Origin: a plasmid
Direction: 5' to 3' (one strand)
Sequence record: CP109674.1
DNA length: 64,000 bases
Made by a program: the position numbers and the translations under genes. This document shows, piece by piece, positions 28,784 through 38,807 of this stretch. The notes under the pieces were generated by a model. The model was not told where the DNA came from. It did not search any database and saw nothing but the letters and a program-made list of their open reading frames with translations. Every line of letters starts with the position of its first letter. Within the stretch, counting starts at the first letter, position 1.

Positions 28784-29899
28784 TTAATGCACCAGCCCAT
28801 TCCAGCCATGTATACCCATGTAAATCCCAACAGCAGCAATCAGGGCGCTTGAAATATAGGGGGCTCTTCTGGCGATGGTATTGAAGCCACTCCAGCGTTT
28901 GGCGACCTGACGAACGCTGATCGCCGCACCCACTCCAACCGTTACGAGGGTCAATGCCAGGCCGATACTGAAACAAACAACCAGTGTGGCACCCAGCGTA
29001 AGCGCTTTAAGCTGAAGGCAGATCAACAATACAGTTATAGCTGCCGGGCAAGGGATAAGCCCTCCTGTCAGTCCAAATATCAGGATTTGCCCGTTGGTTA
29101 CTTCTTTCCCGTCGAAGCGGCGTTTTATGTCATTGGCATGAGCCAGTTCGTGAGCGTCCTGATACTCTTTCGAATTCACATCCAGCCCATCAAGCTCAGA
29201 GTGGTCATGGTCATGGTCGTGTTCAGCGAACGCCACATCATAGTCATGGACATGACCACGATGTCCCAGAGACAGACGTACGTTGAAACTGTGAGGCTCA
29301 GGGATGGGAGATGTTGACTCCAGATAATCACCATGATCAACAAATTCAAAAGTCTGAGAGATCGTACTGTTTTCCCGAAGTGTGGTTAATGAGATATCTT
29401 CAGAAGCCCATCTTTGGCCACTAAGAGTGCGTAGCCGCCAGTGGGGAAGTTGTCCTTCTTCAAAAATGGACAGTTCAACTTTTCCATGGCCAGTATCGAT
29501 CAACCTTGTTTCGTCATGGTGATGATGTTCATTCTCCTGCATTCCCTCCAGCCAGTTTTTCTCACCGCTCCAGGTTCGCCAGAACATCCAAAAAGCCGTA
29601 CCAAGGATGATCACTGAAGAGACCATCTGTAGCCAGGGTTCGGCTGATTCTGCGGTAAATTTATTACTGATATACATCCCTCCAAAAGCAATCAGCCATA
29701 CGACTGCAGTGTGCGACAATGTTGCCGCGACACCCAGCATCACGGCCTGACGTACGGTGCCTTTTATAGCAATGATGAATGCTGCCATCATTGTTTTGGA
29801 GTGCCCGGGCTCCAGTCCATGAAGCGCGCCAAGCAGAATGGCGCTGGGGATGAAAAACCATGCGTTGCCTTGCTGAAGAAGTGTCGTAAATTCGTTCAT
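28784..29899 (-). CDS. rcnA: Nickel/cobalt efflux protein RcnA
   Basis: MNEFTTLLQQGNAWFFIPSAILLGALHGLEPGHSKTMMAAFIIA..., with a His/Asp-rich loop HHHHDE...HDHDHDH. Confidence 0.88.
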   Translation of the reverse strand: MNEFTTLLQQGNAWFFIPSAILLGALHGLEPGHSKTMMAAFIIAIKGTVRQAVMLGVAATLSHTAVVWLIAFGGMYISNKFTAESAEPWLQMVSSVIILGTAFWMFWRTWSGEKNWLEGMQENEHHHHDETRLIDTGHGKVELSIFEEGQLPHWRLRTLSGQRWASEDISLTTLRENSTISQTFEFVDHGDYLESTSPIPEPHSFNVRLSLGHRGHVHDYDVAFAEHDHDHDHSELDGLDVNSKEYQDAHELAHANDIKRRFDGKEVTNGQILIFGLTGGLIPCPAAITVLLICLQLKALTLGATLVVCFSIGLALTLVTVGVGAAISVRQVAKRWSGFNTIARRAPYISSALIAAVGIYMGIHGWNGLVH

Positions 29900-29926
29900 G
29901 AGAATCATTCTTGGTTATTAAGTGTA

Positions 29927-29961
29927 GGCCGGATTCTACTCCCCCCCAGTAAAATATACTA
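29927..29961. promoter_or_regulatory. Tandem RcnR operator sites TACT-C7-AGTA and TACT-AC6-AGTA in the divergent rcnA/rcnR promoter
   Basis: Sequence tactcccccccagta (29927-29941) and tactaccccccagta (29947-29961) match the TACT-G6-N-AGTA consensus on the opposite strand. Confidence 0.8.
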
Positions 29962-30021
29962 CCCCCCAGTAGAATAACGCTGGTATAGTTACATAAAATA
30001 TCCAGGAGAGTGAGAGCCCAC

Positions 30022-30294
30022 ATGTCACATACCATCCGCGATAAACAAAAACTGAAAGCACGTACAAGCAAGATCCAGGGGCAGGTTGCTGCGCTGAAAA
30101 AAATGCTTGATGAACCTCACGAATGTGCCGCTGTACTGCAACAAATAGCCGCCATACGTGGTGCCGTGAATGGTTTATTGCGTGAAGTGATTAAAGGACA
30201 TTTGACTGAACATATTGTTCATGAAAGTGAAGAACAGAAACGAGAAGAAGACCTGGACGTTGTGCTGAAGGTTCTGGATTCTTACATCAAGTGA
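30022..30294 (+). CDS. rcnR: RcnR nickel/cobalt-responsive repressor (CsoR/RcnR family)
   Basis: Product [67 protein letters not shown]... Confidence 0.9.
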   Translation: MSHTIRDKQKLKARTSKIQGQVAALKKMLDEPHECAAVLQQIAAIRGAVNGLLREVIKGHLTEHIVHESEEQKREEDLDVVLKVLDSYIK

Positions 30295-30759
30295 CAGTTT
30301 GGCTAAAAGCCCTGAGCATTAATTTATCTAAATAACACGTTATCAAGTGACGGTTTTGGGCTGTTTGTAGCGGCATAGTGAGTTTGTTTAATCAATGAGC
30401 TTTAAGATGCCCCCCTTCATGCAAGGCAACGCGTACATTTCTGGTACATCTACTTCCCTTACTTTGCTCAGGGCAACCCACATTGTTAAAGCCTCTACTC
30501 GCTGACCATCAAAATCACCCAACGTCAGATAATGGAAAAAAATTTTGGATGACATTTTGAAACGTGTCCTCTGCTGTGAACGTCGAGAGATGCTACGCGA
30601 GAAAGGAGATGACCTACTTAGTATCCTGTTAAGTAGGTCTATCTGAAGAAGTAGACAACTTTAAAGTCTTTTTCATGTTAAAGGAGACAACTTTAATGTC
30701 TGTGTACACCTACCTTTGCTCAAATCAAAATGTTCTGACATACCAAAATGGAGTGTAAA

Positions 30760-31578
30760 ATGACTCAAAACCAGGGTTCTGAGCCAGTACCGGCGAGCCG
30801 GACAGGGCAGCTCATCAGCGCCCGGGATATGGCCATGCAGAAATTCGAAGAAGGGATGCGGTTAATCTCGGAAGCGTCGGAACTGTGCGGTCTCTCTCTC
30901 TTCACCAGCAGAATTATGCAGCCCAACGCATTTGGTCTTCCGTCGTCACTGGATCGCACCATCGAGGAGGGGCGTAAGGAAATTGACCGTAAAACGTGGA
31001 AAAGGCTCTTTGAAGAAATAGGTATGGACCGGTACTGGAACCATAAGCAAAAAGAAGCCTTTAACGAATCCCTACGTACGGATCCGCCCGTCGCTTCCCT
31101 GGAGATTGTTAAGGGAACATTACAGCATGCACTGGCTAACAGACGAGACACGCTTGCAGAAGGTTTCGTTGATGTTCTCAACAAGCTTGACCGAAGTTTT
31201 AAAAGCAATGCACGGCAATATACAATGCCGAAAAAGCTTGTTCTTCGGGGGATTTTTCCTGGTGTGAACGTACTGAGGTACAACGGTTTCTCGCAGGACA
31301 ATCACTTTTGTTTACGCGACTTTGAGAATATTGTATGCATCTGTTCTGATACTCCAACACCTGCAACCGGCGGTGGGCTGAGTATGGTCGACAGGCTGAC
31401 GGCCATGAGAAATACAGATTTCACAGGCGAGGTCTGCGATGAGAATGGCTGGCGGTGTCGCCTGTTTGAGAATGGAAACGTTCATATTTGTATCGACAGT
31501 ATCTCGCTTCTGAATGCTCTGAACGATCTTATCAGCATATATTTTGCAAACCAGCTTCCGGCCGCAGGAAAAAAATGA
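30760..31578 (+). CDS. Hypothetical protein (272 aa), first gene of a two-gene operon
   Basis: RBS ggag 8 nt upstream of ATG 30760. The stop overlaps the next gene's start (ATGA). No recognisable motif. Confidence 0.5.
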   Translation: MTQNQGSEPVPASRTGQLISARDMAMQKFEEGMRLISEASELCGLSLFTSRIMQPNAFGLPSSLDRTIEEGRKEIDRKTWKRLFEEIGMDRYWNHKQKEAFNESLRTDPPVASLEIVKGTLQHALANRRDTLAEGFVDVLNKLDRSFKSNARQYTMPKKLVLRGIFPGVNVLRYNGFSQDNHFCLRDFENIVCICSDTPTPATGGGLSMVDRLTAMRNTDFTGEVCDENGWRCRLFENGNVHICIDSISLLNALNDLISIYFANQLPAAGKK

Positions 31579-32780
31579 TGATCGAAAACGATAAAGAAAA
31601 AAGCCTGAACGATGCTACCTCGCCAGAGGTGCAGAATGACATCCGCAGCGAATCCACAGAAAAATCAAAGGAAATGGGTCGTTCAAGGTACTCATCTATT
31701 GCGATGATCGATTACTTCAATGCAATCGAACGTCTGTGCGAAGAGAAAAAAATTAACCCGGAAAATATCGATCTGAGCTTCAAAGTTCACTGGCTCAGAA
31801 ACGCTGTTGGCGGCTCGTTTGCAAGGTCACAGGAGATGTTCGCTGAGTACCAGAAGTATGTTAAAGAGGTTCCTGAAGAGGCCCGTTACCTGGATATACC
31901 CGATGAGGTGAAGGTTGCACTCGGCGATATTATCTCGTACATCACCTGGCACTACCGTAGAAGCTATACCGCAATACAGAGTGATAGTGTTAAAAAAGCT
32001 GAAGCACGTAGCATGCAGCTGGAGGAGGAGGTAACGCAGCTTTTACAGCGGCTTGAGCAAAGCGCTACCGATATGGATGAGCTGAAACTTGAGAATCAGG
32101 CGCTACAGGGTCGATTAGAGATCCGGGACAGTACCGTCAAGGAGTTAGAAACAAGGCTGAATGTTGCCGAAGCAGAACTCGAAACCTGCCATCACCAGTT
32201 AGATAGCACACGGCATGAATTAAGCCTCGCACAGCAGTCAAATGACTCACTCTCCCAGCAACTGGCTGAACGTAAAACAGAGATCGCTGGTCACCTTGAA
32301 TATCAAAAAAAGCTGAACGAAGAGATCAACACTCAGCGTTCTGATAATGCCGGTCTTTCCAGACAATGCGACCAGTTAAGTCAGACTGTGTCAGATACAA
32401 AGGCAGAGAGGGACAGGTTTGAACAGGAATTGATTGCTGCACAGAACCTCTGTGCTGAGCTGAAAAGTGCACTGTCCGGGAAGGAGGGTGACCTGGTGGC
32501 GGTGAATGCCGAGCTTACTGAACTCCATAAACTAAACGAGTCGCTGAGCGCCGACCTGAAAAAAGTAACTTTGGTCAGCCAGGGCTATGAAGCGGAAGTG
32601 GCTGAACAAAGCAGTGAATTAAAAACGCTCCAGTCCAAAGTAATGAAGCTGGAAGCTACCCTGGAGGCAGAGAAAACAATCTCAGAATCCCTGAAAGGCA
32701 CCATTGATACATTGACTGGTGCAATGGCAGGGGGAGGTACTGGAAAGTCAAAACAGCCGCGTAGTAGAAAAACATCATGA
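31575..32780 (+). CDS. KfrA-like DNA-binding coiled-coil protein (KfrA_N-like N-terminal domain and a long heptad-repeat tail)
   Basis: N-terminus ...IDLSFKVHWLRNAVGGSFARSQEMFAEYQKY resembles the KfrA N-terminal domain. About 250 aa of coiled coil (LEEEVTQLLQRLEQ..). No Walker motifs. Confidence 0.5.
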   Translation: MMIENDKEKSLNDATSPEVQNDIRSESTEKSKEMGRSRYSSIAMIDYFNAIERLCEEKKINPENIDLSFKVHWLRNAVGGSFARSQEMFAEYQKYVKEVPEEARYLDIPDEVKVALGDIISYITWHYRRSYTAIQSDSVKKAEARSMQLEEEVTQLLQRLEQSATDMDELKLENQALQGRLEIRDSTVKELETRLNVAEAELETCHHQLDSTRHELSLAQQSNDSLSQQLAERKTEIAGHLEYQKKLNEEINTQRSDNAGLSRQCDQLSQTVSDTKAERDRFEQELIAAQNLCAELKSALSGKEGDLVAVNAELTELHKLNESLSADLKKVTLVSQGYEAEVAEQSSELKTLQSKVMKLEATLEAEKTISESLKGTIDTLTGAMAGGGTGKSKQPRSRKTS

Positions 32781-32843
32781 TAAATGAAGCCAGGTTGATA
32801 GACTTCTCTGCATCCCCTGGCACAGTAGACCTTCTGCGGACAT

Positions 32844-33047
32844 TCAGCCCGTCCGCAGGAGTTTTCGTCCTTCAGTCAACAAATGCACTACCTTTTTTGA
32901 GTCTCCACTTTCCAGTGCAGAAAACACGTTACCGATTTTACCAACAGCTTGTATCTGAGTGATAACCCCAGTCTTGTAATCATCAAGGATCCCTGACAGG
33001 AAAGCGTTCAGTTTTGTCTGTTCGCTTAGTGAAAGCATGTATGACAT
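32844..33047 (-). CDS. Small hypothetical protein (67 aa) downstream of the DUF1173 gene
   Basis: ORF MSYMLSLSEQTKLNAFLSGILDDYKTGVITQIQAVGKIGNV...; 12 bp from the upstream gene's stop. Confidence 0.35.
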   Translation of the reverse strand: MSYMLSLSEQTKLNAFLSGILDDYKTGVITQIQAVGKIGNVFSALESGDSKKVVHLLTEGRKLLRTG

Positions 33048-33059
33048 TTTTTCTCCATT

Positions 33060-34379
33060 TTAAGCAGGTGTGCCAGTTGAAAGAGGTTTACGTGATTCTG
33101 GAAAATGAGGCAGCACCATAGTTTCAGATGCTGTGGTCGCATCCCAGTGCCACCATCCATAAGGCCCATATTCACGGTTGTAATAATCTTTTTTGAGTTG
33201 CTTTCGGGCCAGATAAGCAGGAGTGGCCATACCAAATACTTCCATCGGGAACGGCTTATCGCTTTTTGTGTCGAGCAGGTAGAAGTCAGGGAACACCTCA
33301 CTAATACTCGCATCATAACGCATGGGCTTAACGTACTGCCGGTGCTCTGCATCCAGCTTTTCTGCAACAACCGCCTCATAGGAGGAGTCCAGAGGTATCC
33401 AGTTCTCGCTAACGTGCATCAGCACAATTTGATGAGCTCTTACAGAAGGGCCTCTGCCGGTTACCGCAGCTGGTGACGTCAACGCAAAGACAACTATTTT
33501 CGCCCCGGATTTCCATGCTGCGTACTCCGATGAAAATCGTTTCTTTACGCTATCCCAATGGCCTTCTGAATTGAAAAAAATCAGCGGTAGCCCCCCAAAA
33601 TTCCGCAGGGGTAAAAATTTAAGTGGCTTCTCATGCTTTTCAGCATCGTAGCGAGGTAAAACTGACAGGAGCATGAGACGTTTATCACTCATCGCCTGTG
33701 ATGAAAGACGCTGAATTTGCGACTGAGCGACAGGTTGTTTCGGGTCAGGTACACCAATGAATAAATGGTCACCTATGCAGGCTCTGCCGGTACGAATTTG
33801 TTTAGCGGTTTCAAGCAGACGATACCGTACCAGTGAATCGTTACGTTTCCCTGCCATTTTCGGGTACCAGACATTCAGACCAGACTCTGTCCACAAAAGA
33901 CTAAGCAAGCCCAGGAGGGTCATTGAGGCCTGACCTCCTTCTGGTCGCTGAACATGGGGCAGGGGAGGCACTTCTGATTTTTCAGGAGGATCTTTCTCTG
34001 TCATACCGATACCGAGCCTTACAGCCATATCACCTTCGGTTGTAATCCGGACCACACCACTCGCATATCCTTTCAGGCCGGTATGCCGGGCATCAAGGGA
34101 GAAGAATACACAGGAAGGATCATGCTCAATGCCCGTGTTAGCGGCTTTGACGAGAATAAAGGCATCACCGTTCGGTAAAGCACGAACATAAAGTCGCTTT
34201 TCTCCTTTTCCACGACATCCGCAGGTGATGACTGATTTTTGACCTGAGGTGTGGTGTGCCTTTTTAAGAGCCGACTGCCACCCTTTAGCAAACTCATCCT
34301 GCGTTTGAAAGTCAGGTGAGTACCTTTTGACGTTTGGATCGTCGTCGTAAGCAATCATCACTGCGAATTTTTGGCTCAT
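33060..34379 (-). CDS. Hypothetical protein, DUF1173-like (439 aa)
   Basis: Long ORF MSQKFAVMIAYDDDPNVKRYSPDFQTQDEFAKGWQ...; recognised only as a conserved hypothetical. Confidence 0.5.
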   Translation of the reverse strand: MSQKFAVMIAYDDDPNVKRYSPDFQTQDEFAKGWQSALKKAHHTSGQKSVITCGCRGKGEKRLYVRALPNGDAFILVKAANTGIEHDPSCVFFSLDARHTGLKGYASGVVRITTEGDMAVRLGIGMTEKDPPEKSEVPPLPHVQRPEGGQASMTLLGLLSLLWTESGLNVWYPKMAGKRNDSLVRYRLLETAKQIRTGRACIGDHLFIGVPDPKQPVAQSQIQRLSSQAMSDKRLMLLSVLPRYDAEKHEKPLKFLPLRNFGGLPLIFFNSEGHWDSVKKRFSSEYAAWKSGAKIVVFALTSPAAVTGRGPSVRAHQIVLMHVSENWIPLDSSYEAVVAEKLDAEHRQYVKPMRYDASISEVFPDFYLLDTKSDKPFPMEVFGMATPAYLARKQLKKDYYNREYGPYGWWHWDATTASETMVLPHFPESRKPLSTGTPA

Positions 34380-34402
34380 AGTAGTCTCCTAAACAGGAAG
34401 TT

Positions 34403-34570
34403 TAATATCCCAACCAAAGCAACACTTCCTGAGCGTCATACTGTTCCTTTACGCCCATGTCGCTAAAGAATTCTTCGAAATCTGTTTCGGGAACGCAATG
34501 CCTGGACAGTTCTTGTAATGCTCGTTCTTTAGATACCGTCTCACCTTCAGCTGATTCGAAATACGTCATG
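34403..34570 (-). CDS. Small acidic hypothetical protein (55 aa); below the ORF-track cutoff
   Basis: Minus-strand ORF MTYFESAEGETVSKERALQELSRHCVPETDFEEFFSDMGVKEQYDAQEVLLWLGY, immediately upstream of the DUF1173 gene. Confidence 0.3.
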
Positions 34571-34718
34571 GTTGACCTCTGACATTATTACAACAATCTT
34601 AAGCATTTAAATTGATGAAGGAGCTCAGGTCAGCTGACTTCGTCGTAAAACTGCCGCAAGCGCTGGGAGGCTGCAAATTCAATTCGAGACTTCAGCAGTT
34701 TGGCGACGGCCGCAAAGA

Positions 34719-35775
34719 GGCTTTGTTGAATAAATCAGATTTCGGGTAAGTCTCCCCCGTAGCGGGTTGTGTTTTCAGGCAATACGCACGCTTTCAGGCA
34801 TACCTGCTTTCGTCATTTTGTTCAGCGCTCGTACCAGGGCCATAGCCTCCGCAACCTGACCATCGTAGTCACGCAGCGTCAGTGAACCCCCGAACAGCTG
34901 TTTTACCCGGTACATCGCCGTTTCCGCTATCGAGCGACGGTTGTAATCTGTTGTCCATTTCCACCGCGCATTACTCCCGGTCATTCGCTGATTAGCCACT
35001 GCACGGTTACGGTCTGCATATTCACCGGGCCAGTAACCCGCACCTTTTCGGGGTGGGATAAGCGCGCTGATTTTCTTACGCCGCAGTTCATCGTGACAGA
35101 GCCGGGTGTCGTAAGCGCCGTCTGCCGATGCTGCCCTGATTTTTCTGTGAGTCTGCCGGATAAGACCCGGGAAGGCTTCTGAGTCCGTCACATTGTTCAG
35201 CGACAGGTCTGCACAGATGATTTCATGTGTGTTGCTGTCAACTGCCAGATGCAACTTTCGCCATATACGACGGCGTTCCTGGCCATGCTTTTTGACTTTC
35301 CACTCGCCTTCACCAAAGACCTTCAGCCCGGTGGAATCAATCACCAGATGCGCGATTTCACCCCGGGTGAACGTTTTGAAACTGACGTTAACCGACTTTG
35401 CCCGCCTGCTGACACAGCTGTAATCCGGGCAGCGTAGCGGAACGTTCATCAGAGAAAAAATGGAATCAATAAAGCCCTGCGCAGCGCGCAGGGTCAGCCT
35501 GAATACGCGTTTAATGACCAGCACAGTCGTGATGGCAAGGTCAGAATAGCGCTGAGGTCTGCCTCGTGAAGAAGGTGTTGCTGACTCATACCAGGCCTGA
35601 ATAGCTTCATCATCCAGCCAGAAAGTTATGGAGCCACGGTTGATGAGGGCTTTATTGTAGGTGGGCCAGTTGGTGATTTTGAACTTTTGCTTTGCCACGG
35701 AACGGTCTGCGTTGTCGGGAAGATGCGTGATCTGATCCTTCAACTCAGCAAAAGTTCGATTTATTCAACAAAGCC
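34719..35775 (-). mobile_element. IS903B: IS903B copy B (1057 bp), a sequence variant
   Basis: IRs GGCTTTGTTGAATAAATC. The transposase differs at a few residues from copies A and C (KTFTRG, SNTHEI). Confidence 0.9.
34775..35698 (-). CDS. tnpA: IS903 transposase
   Basis: Homologous to 25521-26444. Confidence 0.9.
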   Translation of the reverse strand: MAKQKFKITNWPTYNKALINRGSITFWLDDEAIQAWYESATPSSRGRPQRYSDLAITTVLVIKRVFRLTLRAAQGFIDSIFSLMNVPLRCPDYSCVSRRAKSVNVSFKTFTRGEIAHLVIDSTGLKVFGEGEWKVKKHGQERRRIWRKLHLAVDSNTHEIICADLSLNNVTDSEAFPGLIRQTHRKIRAASADGAYDTRLCHDELRRKKISALIPPRKGAGYWPGEYADRNRAVANQRMTGSNARWKWTTDYNRRSIAETAMYRVKQLFGGSLTLRDYDGQVAEAMALVRALNKMTKAGMPESVRIA

Positions 35776-36349
35776 GCCCCGCAGAGTCCGGAACGCTGAT
35801 ACGGATCCATATCATTAGTAACAGCGAAAGTACTGACATAATACCGAACGTCAGGCGCCAGCCAAGATAATGCCCAAGCCAGGTTCCCAGCGGAACGCCT
35901 AGTGAGAGCGCCAGCGGTGTCCCAGCCATGGCTATCGCCATAGCCCGACCCTGATGAAGCGGCTCAACAATTCGGCGTGAAAACCCCGCCAGCAGGCTCC
36001 ACGCCAGTCCCGCAGCCGCCCCGGCCCCCAAACGCGCTAACAGGGTCAGGTAAACATTTGATGAAAGTGCGGTAATGGTATTAAAAATGAAGAATCCCGC
36101 TACGGTCATTAATAAGACATATTTCCGATTCCACGACCGGGTAACGATAGTTAACGGAATAGCGGCAAATAATGACCCGAGGGCGTAGACGGTGACCCAC
36201 TGGCCTGCGCTAGCCAGCGAAATATTCATTCCCTTACTGATTTCTGGCAATAATCCTGCTGGAATAGTTTCCGTCATGATGCAAATAAATCCGGTCATCG
36301 CAAAAGCCATTAATGGCATATAGGGAAATGTGTCATTCATTTTCTGCAT
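35776..36349 (-). pseudogene. MFS transporter, N-terminal 190 aa; 3'-truncated by IS903B copy B
   Basis: MQKMNDTFPYMPLMAFAMTGFICIMTETIPAGLLPEISKGMNISLASAGQWVTVYALGSLF... The ORF runs into the IS. Confidence 0.7.
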
Positions 36350-36426
36350 TTTGCAATACCGTTAATGTTTAATTAAGCCTGCCAGGTGCGCAGGCTTAGC
36401 GCCTAATAGAGTAGATCGTTAGTCAA

Positions 36427-37584
36427 TTAAAGTGCCATGTTCAGTATTGTTTCCGCCACTTCAGCAGTAATTTTTCCATGTTCACCTAATGCGATGTGCC
36501 CATGTTCTTTTAACTTGCCGATAACAGCTGAAATATCTTCCGCGCCCAGACCATAATCAGAAAGTCGGGTTTTAACGCCCATCAGTTCAAAAAATTCCAC
36601 GGTGGCATTGATAGCCTCATCGGCCATTTTTTCGCTATCAGACTCAGGAATATTCCAGACACGCGCACCGTACTGAGCCAGCTTTTCTGCTTTTTCCTTT
36701 TTGCACAAGCGCCATAGTGCAGGCATAACGATAGCGAGGGTACGGGCGTGGTCGATTCCGTATAATGCAGTAATTTCCTGGCCAATCATGTGAGAAGCCC
36801 AGTCAGTTGGGACACCTGCGCTCAACATTCCATTCAGGGCCATCGTCGCAGCCCACATGATGTTAGCTCTGGCGTCGTAGTTCTGTGGATTTTTAAGGGC
36901 TACTGGGCCTTCTTCTTTCAGCGTGCTCAGCAGTCCTTCCGCCAGGCGATCCTGCACCTTAGCGTTAACCGGGTAAGTAATGTATTGCTCAAGAACGTGG
37001 ACAAAGGCATCAACAACCCCGTTTGCGGTTTGTTGTTCAGGCAGCGTGTAGGTCATTTCCGGTTCGAGCACTGAAAATTTCGGCATAACGTAAGGGGAGG
37101 TGAAAAAGAGTTTATCCTGGGTGGTCACCCGATTAATCACCGCCGTGTTATTCATCTCTGAACCCGTGGCCGCCAGGGTCAGCACGCATCCAAAAGGGAG
37201 AGCTTGTTTCACCACGCCGCCATAACTCTTGACGATCTCCCATGGATCATTTTCGTAGAGGGCTGCGGCGGCAATAAATTTAGTCCCGTCGATCACTGAA
37301 CCGCCGCCCACGGCCAGAAGAAAATCAATTTTTTCTGTTCTGACAATCTCAACGGCTTTCATCAGGGTTTCATAATGAGGGTTTGCTTCTACACCGCCAA
37401 ACTCATAAACCAGGGTGTTTGTCAGGGACTCTTTTACGCGTTTCAATATACCGTGTTTTATAACGCTGCCCCCGCCATAGACAATCATGACCTTTTTACC
37501 CTGCGGGACTTCTTGTGCTAACGCAGAAATTTGATCGCGACCAAAAAGAATTTTTACCGGATTATGATAGATAAAATCTTGCAT
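36427..37584 (-). CDS. Iron-containing (group III) alcohol dehydrogenase, YqhD-like
   Basis: MQDFIYHNPVKILFGRDQISALAQEVPQGKKVMIVYGGGSVIKHGILKRV...GGGSVIDGTKFIAAAA, the NADPH-dependent Fe-ADH motif. Confidence 0.85.
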   Translation of the reverse strand: MQDFIYHNPVKILFGRDQISALAQEVPQGKKVMIVYGGGSVIKHGILKRVKESLTNTLVYEFGGVEANPHYETLMKAVEIVRTEKIDFLLAVGGGSVIDGTKFIAAAALYENDPWEIVKSYGGVVKQALPFGCVLTLAATGSEMNNTAVINRVTTQDKLFFTSPYVMPKFSVLEPEMTYTLPEQQTANGVVDAFVHVLEQYITYPVNAKVQDRLAEGLLSTLKEEGPVALKNPQNYDARANIMWAATMALNGMLSAGVPTDWASHMIGQEITALYGIDHARTLAIVMPALWRLCKKEKAEKLAQYGARVWNIPESDSEKMADEAINATVEFFELMGVKTRLSDYGLGAEDISAVIGKLKEHGHIALGEHGKITAEVAETILNMAL

Positions 37585-37777
37585 AATGATTACCTCATTT
37601 TCAGAATTAAAAGCCGTCACTACAACGAGGACATATTCACGTCGTGGAATATAAAGTACCATTTTGAATTTTATTTATTAATCAACATAAATTTCACTTA
37701 CTTGTGAAATTTATTTGATAATTAATGACAGACTGGTACGCTGACGTCTCCAGTAGGGACCGAGGAGGAGGAATCGT

Positions 37778-38671
37778 GTGGATGAATTAAAGGTTTTTTT
37801 AACAGTGGCCAGGCTGAAAAGCTTTACCAAAGCCGCAGCTGAAATAGGTGTGACACCCTCAGCCATCAGCCACACGGTGAAATCTCTTGAGGAAAGGCTT
37901 GGGATCCGCCTGCTGGCCAGAACCACCCGCAGTATCTCCACTACGGAAGCAGGTGAAAGGCTCATTAACGAAGTTGGCCCGTTAATGGAACAGGTTGATG
38001 ATGCTATTAGTCGGTTGAGTGAGCTTAGGGAAAAACCCACTGGCGTCATACGCCTCACGGCGGCAGATGATGTTATCCAGTATTTGATCCGTCCTGTATT
38101 ACCGGACTTTCTGAGTCGCTACCCAGATATTCAGATTGAAATCGGCATTGACTATGGATTTACAGATATTGTTGATCAGCGTTTTGATGCCGGGATTCGT
38201 CCGGGCGATGTTCTGAATAATGATATGATTGCCGCAAAAATAAGCCAGAACTGGCGCCAGCTTGTTGTTGCTGCACCAGATTATTTTAAGCGTTATGCTA
38301 AGCCCAGGAAGCCGCAGGATCTTTTGAACCACAACTGCATTAACGTCCGCTATTCTGATACGAGTGGATTGTACGCCTGGGAATTCGAGAAAGATGCTCA
38401 GAAATTCAGTCTGAAAGTCAAAGGGCAATATATTGCGAACAGCACGATTCATCAGCTCGATGCAGCATTAGACGGGCTGGGGATTGCCTATATTCCCGAG
38501 TATGTTGCAGATGGATATATCAAAAGCGGCAAGCTGATTGCTGTTCTGACCGAGTGGTGTCCATATTTTGACGGCTACCATATTTATTATCCTCACCGCC
38601 GACAGGATTCTCCTGCGTTTATGGCTTTTCTGCAACTTTTGCGCGACAGGTACAATAATGGAATAAGATAA
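37778..38671 (+). CDS. LysR-family transcriptional regulator; GTG start with RBS gaggaggagg
   Basis: [51 protein letters not shown]... gives an HTH plus a substrate-binding domain. Divergent from the ADH gene. Confidence 0.85.
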   Translation: MDELKVFLTVARLKSFTKAAAEIGVTPSAISHTVKSLEERLGIRLLARTTRSISTTEAGERLINEVGPLMEQVDDAISRLSELREKPTGVIRLTAADDVIQYLIRPVLPDFLSRYPDIQIEIGIDYGFTDIVDQRFDAGIRPGDVLNNDMIAAKISQNWRQLVVAAPDYFKRYAKPRKPQDLLNHNCINVRYSDTSGLYAWEFEKDAQKFSLKVKGQYIANSTIHQLDAALDGLGIAYIPEYVADGYIKSGKLIAVLTEWCPYFDGYHIYYPHRRQDSPAFMAFLQLLRDRYNNGIR

Positions 38672-38807
38672 ATTTATGAGTAAAGGATTATGTCCACGAT
38701 AAGCACCTGGGTCGATTCCTGGGAGGCGGCCATGAGGGTAGGGAAGCGCCGTCCCGTCAAGTCAGCGTAATGCTCTGCCAGTGTTACAACCAATTAACCA
38801 ATTCTGA

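Noticed and set aside
28784-29908. Extended RcnA start MILMNEF
   Set aside because: RcnA homologues start at MNEFTTLL; the upstream ATG was rejected in favour of 29899.
30300-30560. Possible small minus-strand gene in the rcnR-downstream spacer
   Set aside because: The only ATG-initiated frame (about 30560 going down) hits a stop after 9 codons.
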